A DNA stretch of 64,000 nucleotides. Source: a virus. Positions within the stretch are counted from its first letter, which is position 1. Every line of letters starts with the position of its first letter. Location of the stretch: the IMG/VR virus record IMGVR_UViG_3300032236_001727, positions 19,144-83,143 of that record. One strand, given 5' to 3'. Below the pieces are notes generated by a model. The model did no database searches, was not told the DNA's origin, and worked only from the letters and a program-made list of their open reading frames with translations. Shown in pieces: positions 46,705-54,709 of the stretch. The position numbers and the translations under genes were made by a program.

Positions 46705-48063
46705 TTATACGTTTAATTCAAAAAATTTATTTTTTAATGATTTTTTATCTAGTGTTTCTTTTTCTTCTTTAGCTGATTTAGAATATGTTGCTTCTTCACC
46801 TTCGGTATATTCACCTGTTATTTCAAATTCGCCGATATAAGTATTCACTAACATATTATAAGTCATACCATCAGGACCATAACGGTTTTTCATTATGTGA
46901 AATCTTCCAGTTCCATCAGTTTTATCTTCTTTTTTCCTAGATAATGATATACATACATCAGTAACCATCATTTTATCATAAGATCCAGCAGCTGAAGTTC
47001 CTTCTATAACATTTTCTTTAGCTCCAGTTCTATTTACTTGAGATACTGACCATATAGGTACTGAAAGTTCACGTGCTAAACCTTTTATACTGATGTAAAT
47101 ATCATCTATTTCTTCTTTTCTATCAGAAGTTCGTTTCTTTGTAGATAGTAAGTCTACATAGTCTATAATAATTAAATCTGGTTTGATACCTGAACTAGCT
47201 ACTTTTTTTATGTGAGCTTCTATTGTATATGGTGTGGCTCTATATGCTGGGAATTCTTTTATTATTAGGTTTCCTTTCAATTCAGATACAGTTTGTTCAA
47301 CTTCACTTCTATGTTTAGATATTTCTCTTACATCTATTTCTGTAAAGAAAGAATCATATCTTTTTCCAACATAATCTTCTCCTAATTCTAAAGTATAATG
47401 TATTACATTATATCCTAAAGAAACGGCGCATCCACCTAAAGCTACTAGAGTCCATGATTTACCACCACCAGGATTACCAAATATTAAGCCAAAATCACCG
47501 GTTCCTAATCCACCTTGAAGTAGATTATTTATTTCATCCCATGGAGTAGGAATAACCATTCTGCTGTCTTCTCTAAATCTATATTCTATGTCTTTATTAT
47601 ATTCATGACCCATATTTTTATCTTGACCCGCTTTTAAAGCATTATCTATAAGATGACGAATTGAGTCATAATCACCATTTTTCAATAGATCTACAGAGTT
47701 AAGAAGTGCTTTTTTTAATTGTTGATTTTTACAAAAATTAGAAAATTCTTCTTGTACATACTTCAAATCATCTTCAGAAGCATGATATGATTCTTTTAAT
47801 TGTTCTTTAATAGCTATTTTTAAAATTTCATTGTCTATCTTTTTTAATTCTGTTTTTAAGATTTCTATTGATACATTACAATGATATTTTTCATAGTATT
47901 CTATTATTTCTTTTATAATCCATTTTTGAGCTTGGTTATTGAAATATTCATCACTTAAAACATCATGTATGTTTACAAGAAACTCTTTATGTGTTAAAAG
48001 GGATGATATTACTTTAGTTTGAAAACCTAAACCATACTCTTCCATTGTAGAAAGTGCTGCCAT
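46705..48063 (-). CDS. Replicative DNA helicase (DnaB/gp41-like)
   Basis: GNPGGGKS, YTLEL, IIIDYVDLL, SQVNR, MKNRYG. Confidence 0.93.
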   Translation of the reverse strand: MAALSTMEEYGLGFQTKVISSLLTHKEFLVNIHDVLSDEYFNNQAQKWIIKEIIEYYEKYHCNVSIEILKTELKKIDNEILKIAIKEQLKESYHASEDDLKYVQEEFSNFCKNQQLKKALLNSVDLLKNGDYDSIRHLIDNALKAGQDKNMGHEYNKDIEYRFREDSRMVIPTPWDEINNLLQGGLGTGDFGLIFGNPGGGKSWTLVALGGCAVSLGYNVIHYTLELGEDYVGKRYDSFFTEIDVREISKHRSEVEQTVSELKGNLIIKEFPAYRATPYTIEAHIKKVASSGIKPDLIIIDYVDLLSTKKRTSDRKEEIDDIYISIKGLARELSVPIWSVSQVNRTGAKENVIEGTSAAGSYDKMMVTDVCISLSRKKEDKTDGTGRFHIMKNRYGPDGMTYNMLVNTYIGEFEITGEYTEGEEATYSKSAKEEKETLDKKSLKNKFFELNV

Positions 48064-48076
48064 TATTTATTTGTGT

Positions 48077-49099
48077 TTATTTTTTTAATTCTTGAAAAGT
48101 TTCTTTCAACCAATAATCTACATTCTTTATTATCCCTCCAATGTTATCTTCATTATACAAAACCTTAAATCTTTCAGGTATAAAATTAGGTAGTTTGGAT
48201 GATGCCATTTCATCTAATACTGCTTTTTCATGTTCATCCACCATAGGATTTGATAAATCCATAACCTTATAATGTGTTTCTAATTCACTTATACTCTGAA
48301 CTATTCTAGAATAAATTACATGATCTTTTAGTTTAGAAGCACTTATGTCATATATATCATCTAAAGTTATTTTTTTATCTGATGCTAGTTCTGGGAATAG
48401 TTTGAGTAGTTTTTTATCTCCTAATCCTTTAACTCCTCTGATTTTATCTGAATTGTCTCCAAGTAGAGTTTTATATATTATAAAGTTATGAGATGGTATT
48501 TTATATTTGTGTCTTATAGAAGTATCTGTAAGTATTTCTTTTTCTAATGGATTATATACTACTACATTTTGATTTATTAGTTGAATATAATCTTTATCTG
48601 ATGAAACTATAAATATTCTGTCGTTAGGATGTTTAATAAGTGATGTACTATAATATGCTATAATATCATCAGCTTCTACTTTGTCTAAAACAGCCATTCT
48701 AACAGGCAGTATTTTCAAATAATGTATTATTCTTACTATTTGATTTACTTTAGACTCATTTTCATCATCTTGATCTTCAAACACATCCCAATTAGTAATA
48801 CGTTGTGTTCTACCAGATTTATATTCAGGAATAAGATTTTTTCTATTATTTGAACCACCAATACCATCAAATATAATATATACTTTTGTTGGTTGTAAAT
48901 GTTTAATTAATCCTCCTAATGATCTAAAAAAACCACCCAACCCGCCAATATGATTTCCTTCAGGATTAATCATATTTAATACAGCAAAATTTCGAAAAAA
49001 TAAATTCAAGGCATCCACAAGAAGTATTCGTTCATTATCATTGTTTTCGTTTTGCTCTTGTATTCCATCAAGCAGGTTGAGTAGGTCTTTATTATTCAT
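48077..49099 (-). CDS. 5'-3' exonuclease / RNase H (T4 rnh-like)
   Basis: LLVDALN, FDG, EADDII, SSDKD, GDNSDKIRGVKGLG. Confidence 0.93.
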   Translation of the reverse strand: MNNKDLLNLLDGIQEQNENNDNERILLVDALNLFFRNFAVLNMINPEGNHIGGLGGFFRSLGGLIKHLQPTKVYIIFDGIGGSNNRKNLIPEYKSGRTQRITNWDVFEDQDDENESKVNQIVRIIHYLKILPVRMAVLDKVEADDIIAYYSTSLIKHPNDRIFIVSSDKDYIQLINQNVVVYNPLEKEILTDTSIRHKYKIPSHNFIIYKTLLGDNSDKIRGVKGLGDKKLLKLFPELASDKKITLDDIYDISASKLKDHVIYSRIVQSISELETHYKVMDLSNPMVDEHEKAVLDEMASSKLPNFIPERFKVLYNEDNIGGIIKNVDYWLKETFQELKK

Positions 49100-50199
49100 T
49101 ATTGTTCTGTTTCTGTGTCGCTTATATCAGTTATAGATAAATTTTGTGATTCTTCCCATTCTGAAGTATCTTCTACTATTTCTATTTCTCCTGGGTTGTC
49201 TGTAAACCATTCGCTAGAATGTTGTTTTTTATAATCTGTTATAGCGTATGGAGTATCTGGAATAAATCCATGAGGTGTAACTATTACTGTTGATTTAGTA
49301 GCTATTCCTTCTCCAATATGTATTTTATCTATTGCTATTTTGGTTCTTTTAGCAAATTCTACATTCTTTTTATTTTTAACTGCTTGTATTTTAGAAGTTC
49401 CACTATTTGTAACATTACCAAATGTAAATACTAATGAAGCATCCCAATACATAGTGTCACCCCCTTTATTTGTTCGTTTTGGTTGTTCCATAGGTCTTAA
49501 AGCGGGTTGAACACCAGTTTTATTAATTATAAAGAATGTGTTTGTATATGGATAATTTTCTTTACGAGATAAAGGAAATTTCTGATTTACAAAGTTACCA
49601 AATTGTGTAGCCATAGCGCCTGCATTCCACATCGGATTGTTTTTTCCCTGATCTACACTAAGTTGGCAAGGCATTGATCCTACAGAATCCCATAAAAACA
49701 ATAGGTCATACGGTAAGTTACCTTTCTTTTGCTCATCCAACAAATCGATTATAAAAGCTGCAACATCTTCAATAGTATGTAATGTACTACGGTCAACATA
49801 TATAAAAAATCCTTTATAATTCAACAGCTCTCCTGTTTCTTTATCTACTACTTCTTCAACTTGAAATCCCATTTTTTTAGCATGTTGGAAATCCCATTTC
49901 ATCTCAGTAATAATAAACACAGGCAATAATCCCATACTTTGTCCTTGTGTTGCTGTTTCTATTAACAAAGTAGTTTTTCCAGTATCAGAACCACCTCTAG
50001 CTATTGTTATATGTCCTACTGGTATTCCAGGGATAGATAAAGCATCTTTTAGAGCATCAGATATAGGTATCCATTTTTGTTCTTTAAATTTTGTAGAAGA
50101 TTCTAATCCTTTTTTATTTTTAAAACTATCAAGGTTAAAATCTTTTTTAATTTCTGAGGATGCAGCCTCCGCTAAAGAGGCACCACTCTTTCTTGCCAT
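49099..50199 (-). CDS. RecA/UvsX-like recombinase
   Basis: GGSDTGKTT Walker A, WDSVGS, KGG. Confidence 0.85.
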   Translation of the reverse strand: MARKSGASLAEAASSEIKKDFNLDSFKNKKGLESSTKFKEQKWIPISDALKDALSIPGIPVGHITIARGGSDTGKTTLLIETATQGQSMGLLPVFIITEMKWDFQHAKKMGFQVEEVVDKETGELLNYKGFFIYVDRSTLHTIEDVAAFIIDLLDEQKKGNLPYDLLFLWDSVGSMPCQLSVDQGKNNPMWNAGAMATQFGNFVNQKFPLSRKENYPYTNTFFIINKTGVQPALRPMEQPKRTNKGGDTMYWDASLVFTFGNVTNSGTSKIQAVKNKKNVEFAKRTKIAIDKIHIGEGIATKSTVIVTPHGFIPDTPYAITDYKKQHSSEWFTDNPGEIEIVEDTSEWEESQNLSITDISDTETEQ

Positions 50200-50228
50200 A
50201 TTATAAATTTTTAAAATTAATTATTTAA

Positions 50229-51053
50229 TTATTCTTCATCATCATCAAATAAACTGTCAAATTCAGTTGATTTGTTTTTCTTAGTATTATCTTTTAAAGA
50301 ATAACTAGATTTTTTAGGCTCTGGTTTTGTTTCTTTAACTTCTTCAACAGGTTCAGTTACTTTTTCTTCTGGGTTTTCAGTTTCTTCTTCCGGAGTTAGC
50401 CAATCTTGAAGAGCTTGTTTTACTTCTTCAAATGTGAATTTTTTAAATATCTGAAGTGGGTCTGGTTGTTCTTCAAGGAATTTTTTAACTTCTTCTTTAT
50501 CTTCAGATAGAACAGATGTTTTTAATGCTGGACTTATAGTTGTTTTATTATAAGAGGTTCCTGTAACTTCAGGGCCTACAGTATTAAGTTTAATGTCTCT
50601 TCCTTCAAGTATGTTTGTAAAATCACCAATATCATCATCTGCGGCTAGATTTAGAAAGTCTTGATATGTTTCTTTACCAAACTGCCATAGTTTAACTCCT
50701 TCTGATTCTTCACCACGTACAACTACAGGAACAAAAACTCTAGTTTTTGGATCTAATTTTTTAGCAAGGCGCCAATTTTCCTTATCATTGCTTTGACGTA
50801 ATTGTTTAGTAAATTCTTTGATAGGATCCTTATCACCCCAATTAGATGGAGAAGCTAATGATTTGATTTTACCCATCTCATAATAAAAAGCCATTTCTGT
50901 AAATGGAATATCTTTATTGTACTTAGAAGGTACAACTCTGACAACTTGTTTACCTATGGAAGGTTTAAAAAAAACATTTTTCTTTTCACTAGTACTAGAC
51001 CCTTTGGTCTTAGTAAGAGAGTCTAACTTACGTTTTACTTCGTTTAAATTCAT
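50229..51053 (-). CDS. Single-stranded DNA-binding protein (gp32-like)
   Basis: VRVVP, GVKLWQFGK, GRDI, acidic tail FDSLFDDDEE. Confidence 0.8.
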   Translation of the reverse strand: MNLNEVKRKLDSLTKTKGSSTSEKKNVFFKPSIGKQVVRVVPSKYNKDIPFTEMAFYYEMGKIKSLASPSNWGDKDPIKEFTKQLRQSNDKENWRLAKKLDPKTRVFVPVVVRGEESEGVKLWQFGKETYQDFLNLAADDDIGDFTNILEGRDIKLNTVGPEVTGTSYNKTTISPALKTSVLSEDKEEVKKFLEEQPDPLQIFKKFTFEEVKQALQDWLTPEEETENPEEKVTEPVEEVKETKPEPKKSSYSLKDNTKKNKSTEFDSLFDDDEE

Positions 51054-51083
51054 AAAATTTTTATTTTGATTTGTTAATAACTT

Positions 51084-51136
51084 ATTATAATAAAAAAAAT
51101 TTGGATTTCCAAATGTATTTAAAAGATATGTTTAAA
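51084..51136. repeat. Degenerate third copy of the palindromic terminator/promoter element
   Basis: ATTTGGA-TT-TCCAAAT arms and a similar A-rich/ATATGTTTAAA tail; N19 promoter spacing. Confidence 0.65.
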
Positions 51137-51545
51137 TATAAATAAAACCTTTTACATTAGGTACCATTTTTTTAATTTCTTCTTTGGTATATTTTTTAGA
51201 TAATGGAGTATATTCTATGAATAAACCACCTCCAACTTTTAAATCATTTGGTAATGATTTTATTAGTGTATCTGTTAAATCTAAACTGTTCTCAACATTC
51301 AAATTTTTTGGCAATGATTGTATTGGTGTATCTCTTAAATCTAAATAACCTCCAACCGTTAAATTATCAGGTAAGGATTCTATTGGTGTATTAGATAAAT
51401 CTAAACTACCTTTGCTGCCATCCTTGATGTATTGTTGAATCTGTTTTTGAACGGCTATAAGATGGTTCTTAGAACGTTCTTCTTTAGAACGCCTTGGGAT
51501 TAAAATGTTCTCATCTTCTAATAATATGTCGAGTAGTTTGAACAT
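51132..51545 (-). CDS. Leucine-rich-repeat protein (20-aa repeats) with a KLLDILLE leader
   Basis: LDLSNTPIESLPDNLTVGGY about three times; matching 60-nt DNA tandem repeats at about 51230-51410. Confidence 0.8.
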   Translation of the reverse strand: MFKLLDILLEDENILIPRRSKEERSKNHLIAVQKQIQQYIKDGSKGSLDLSNTPIESLPDNLTVGGYLDLRDTPIQSLPKNLNVENSLDLTDTLIKSLPNDLKVGGGLFIEYTPLSKKYTKEEIKKMVPNVKGFIYI

Positions 51546-51553
51546 TAAAAAAC

Positions 51554-51901
51554 CTATTTTTTTATTTTAGATGGATCTTTAAGTTTGACTTCTGTTCTTA
51601 TTTTAACGTCAGCACCTTTATCCAATTTTAAGGCTTCATCTTTTACTTTATTAGTTATTCCTGTAATTCCTTGCCCGTCTAAATCTACAACGATTGTATT
51701 AGGTTTAGCACCAGGTTTTATAGAAAATTTAACAGGGTAATCATGTTTTATTTCTGGGCGAGCCATTAGTTTTTCTATATTTGATTTAATATCTTCAGAT
51801 TTACTAGATGATATTATTATACGACGAAATCCTCCGGTAGCAACTAATGCTGGGCTTAGGGCTTCTTTTATTAATCTTTTAATTCTGTTATCTTGTTTCA
51901 T
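51554..51901 (-). CDS. Hypothetical protein with an IKRLIKE leader
   Basis: 115-aa ORF. Confidence 0.7.
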   Translation of the reverse strand: MKQDNRIKRLIKEALSPALVATGGFRRIIISSSKSEDIKSNIEKLMARPEIKHDYPVKFSIKPGAKPNTIVVDLDGQGITGITNKVKDEALKLDKGADVKIRTEVKLKDPSKIKK

Positions 51902-52329
51902 ATTTCTATTATTTTGTATATTTTTGTATTGAGTTGTTTTAGTCCTCCATTTTGGGTAAGTAATATACTATTTTTATAATTTTTCCAGTCTATTGGGAAT
52001 TGTCTATCAATTACACCATTATTTAAACTTTTAATAAGTTCGTTTATAGAATTAATAGTATATAAAACATTATATTCTTTCTTACGATGTACTAATATTG
52101 TATTATTGATTATGTCTTTAACATTACCGTTGTCTACATTATAGGTACAAGCGTATTCATTATTGTTTTCAATATGAAGTACAAATATTTTATTGTACAT
52201 TATACTGTATCTTGATTTTATATTTTCTAATAAAAAATCTAATTCATCTATGGGGGTAAAAGTGCAAAAAAGTTTATTAGTCATTTCTTCTAACTCTAAT
52301 TGATCATAATCGTATACTATATTATACAT
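51898..52329 (-). CDS. Conserved hypothetical protein (NKLFCTF, HRKKE.N.LYTIN)
   Basis: 143-aa ORF. Confidence 0.75.
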   Translation of the reverse strand: MYNIVYDYDQLELEEMTNKLFCTFTPIDELDFLLENIKSRYSIMYNKIFVLHIENNNEYACTYNVDNGNVKDIINNTILVHRKKEYNVLYTINSINELIKSLNNGVIDRQFPIDWKNYKNSILLTQNGGLKQLNTKIYKIIEI

Positions 52330-52339
52330 ATGTTGTTTT

Positions 52340-53599
52340 TTATTTAAAATTATAATTTACACCTTCTTTTATATTAACATTCAAATTGTATTTTTTGAAT
52401 ATATTTATTATATCATTTAATAAAAACGATTCGTTTTCATCAAAATCTAACAAAAATGAATCATAAACATACAATATTAACTTTGTATTTTTATTTCTCA
52501 ATATCTTAAACATATCCCAAATTATATTCACATTATTTACTGTTTCAAATCTTTGTAAAACATAATTTAACAATTTTGATGGATTCATATCTGTTAGCTT
52601 GCTCTTTTCAAACCTATGTTTTGAAATAGGACATTCAACATACCCAGCAACATCAAAATGTTCCCATAACTCATCAGTATAATGCTGGGTTTTCTTAAAA
52701 AATTCTAATTCTTTATATTGGGGAAATATACCTCCATATAATTGCTGGAATGTTATTTCTTTGGCTTTTTTATAATCAACTTGGTACATATCAGCAAAAG
52801 CTTGATGTACATCTGTTTGGCCAAAGTCATGTTTTATTAGGCTTGCAAGTAATGTAGGATGATATGCTTTTATATCTAATTCAATAAACTTACTATTTCT
52901 AGGGATAAAAATTTCCCTAGTATTATCATCTTTATTGAGAGCCGAGTAATTTACTCCGCCGAATCTGTTGGAGGGGCGAGTTGATGTAGTTTTAAAGTTG
53001 TATTGAGTGAAGACATATTCACCTTCAATAGGGTGAAATTTAGTTTGGAATTGTTCTGTTTGTACTCGTACTCCCATCCGTTCAATGGCGTTGAAAACCA
53101 CGGATACTCTATTGTTATAGAATTGGTTAATTGGTTCATGTATATTATGTTTTAGATCATTGTATATTTGTTCACAATATTCATAGTGTTTTACTACTGG
53201 TATGATTCTGTTTATGTCTTTTTTAGTAGAATGATGATTATAAAAATATTCGTGAGCTTTAGTAAAGACTATTTGATAATTTGATTGAAATAAAGTTATA
53301 TCGTATAAGTTTGGTAGTACTATGTAATGTAAAAATTCTTTTTTATCCCTTACATATATTTTCTTTATATCTTTAATAGCATCTATAACATCCTCTTGAT
53401 TTAACAACATAGTTTCACTATGATCAATAGATACTATATATCCTTTAGTACTATTTAATGGTCTTATGTAAATAAGAGATATGTGATTTTGAGCAGGATG
53501 GGTATTATTGTTAAAAGGGATAATTTCAATAAATACTTCTTCAAATTTATTGGACTTAAATTCATCTAATTGATTGTTTTGTTCTATTAGCCAATACAT
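52340..53599 (-). CDS. Compact family-A DNA polymerase-like protein
   Basis: T.RPSN, motif A ELDIKAYHP, motif B KEITFQQLYG, motif C LYVYDS. Confidence 0.85.
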   Translation of the reverse strand: MYWLIEQNNQLDEFKSNKFEEVFIEIIPFNNNTHPAQNHISLIYIRPLNSTKGYIVSIDHSETMLLNQEDVIDAIKDIKKIYVRDKKEFLHYIVLPNLYDITLFQSNYQIVFTKAHEYFYNHHSTKKDINRIIPVVKHYEYCEQIYNDLKHNIHEPINQFYNNRVSVVFNAIERMGVRVQTEQFQTKFHPIEGEYVFTQYNFKTTSTRPSNRFGGVNYSALNKDDNTREIFIPRNSKFIELDIKAYHPTLLASLIKHDFGQTDVHQAFADMYQVDYKKAKEITFQQLYGGIFPQYKELEFFKKTQHYTDELWEHFDVAGYVECPISKHRFEKSKLTDMNPSKLLNYVLQRFETVNNVNIIWDMFKILRNKNTKLILYVYDSFLLDFDENESFLLNDIINIFKKYNLNVNIKEGVNYNFK

Positions 53600-53617
53600 A
53601 ACCTTTTATATTTGGCG

Positions 53618-53672
53618 TAAATATAATAAAAAAGGCTTGGAAATCCAAGCCTTATTAAAAAATATATTTAAA
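53618..53672. repeat. 55-bp palindromic terminator/promoter element, copy 2
   Basis: 52/55 identical to 12369-12423; central TT replaced by AA. Confidence 0.85.
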
Positions 53673-53677
53673 TTTTT

Positions 53678-53998
53678 TTACCCTAATTCATATGAATTAC
53701 TGAAAAAGTAATAGCTCATTTCTTGTTTAAAGTATCTTTCTATTTCTTTATCAGTAGAATTTTCAGGATGGTTATAATATGATTCAGATTCTATAAATCC
53801 CTTTTCATCATCCATAAAAGCTTCAGCATCTACATCTTTATCATCAAATCTTTTTAAATAATCATACATTTTCTTAGGATCTATATGAAAAACTTCAGGA
53901 TCATGTTCATCTACAACAACATATTTGTTATATACTTGAGTAGATATTGGTTCTCCTTCGGTTAATATGCTTAATAATGATGGTATTTTAAATTTCAT
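53678..53998 (-). CDS. Acidic hypothetical protein with a LLSILTE leader
   Basis: Own ATATTTAT motif at 54025-54032; followed by the palindromic element. Confidence 0.7.
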   Translation of the reverse strand: MKFKIPSLLSILTEGEPISTQVYNKYVVVDEHDPEVFHIDPKKMYDYLKRFDDKDVDAEAFMDDEKGFIESESYYNHPENSTDKEIERYFKQEMSYYFFSNSYELG

Positions 53999-54033
53999 GT
54001 TTATTTAGTTATGATTTACTAGATATAAATATA

Positions 54034-54693
54034 TTAACTCTTTTGAAAAAATTGAGCAAAATTTAATTTTAAAAATAATGCTAATCCTTTTCGCTTTAGA
54101 CGTTGTTCGGTTAATACTACTATTTTTTGATTAATCTTATACACAGATAGCTCGTCATTTCCCGTTAAAGTCCACGTTAAACTTACAGGTATAAATAATT
54201 CCCATAACCAGCTATTACTTTGGCTACTAATTGCATTATACGTGGGAGAATCAACTTCTATCCATGTATTTTCATTTATTTTAGCTAAAAAGTATCGTGT
54301 AAAACTTCCTATATTATAATCATCTTGAGATGGTTTAGGAAAGTATGAATTAGGTACCTGTTTACTTGTATCTGTATTTATATTTATTTTTTTTATAGAT
54401 GTATATTCACTTATTAATGTATCACTATATGATCCTACATTTAATTGGGAATAGTATGATGGTATTTCTGTTACAGCTATTTGAGACGTGCTATTATTTG
54501 TTGTATTATTTGATGTTTGGTTTATTGGTTCTATTTCATCATTAGGCTTCTCATTAGGTGTTTTTCCTGTATAATAAGAACCATCATAGCTTTTCCAGTA
54601 ATATCCTGAATATGGTTTTTGGCTATTTTTATAAATAAATTGACCGCTATAAGCAAATTGATTAGTTATTATTCTGTTTTGAGGGATATACAT
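54034..54693 (-). CDS. Putative baseplate/virion protein
   Basis: Y.GYY...G.YYTGKTP, DY..G.FTRYF; end of the tail module. Confidence 0.55.
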   Translation of the reverse strand: MYIPQNRIITNQFAYSGQFIYKNSQKPYSGYYWKSYDGSYYTGKTPNEKPNDEIEPINQTSNNTTNNSTSQIAVTEIPSYYSQLNVGSYSDTLISEYTSIKKININTDTSKQVPNSYFPKPSQDDYNIGSFTRYFLAKINENTWIEVDSPTYNAISSQSNSWLWELFIPVSLTWTLTGNDELSVYKINQKIVVLTEQRLKRKGLALFLKLNFAQFFQKS

Positions 54694-54709
54694 GAGTATA
54701 AATATTTAA

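Noticed and set aside
51230-51410. 60-nt tandem repeats as a CRISPR or ncRNA array
   Set aside because: The repeats are degenerate and in frame, and are explained by 20-aa LRR units
52951-53139. 62-aa minus-strand ORF nested in the PolA-like gene
   Set aside because: Out-of-frame overlap with no supporting signals
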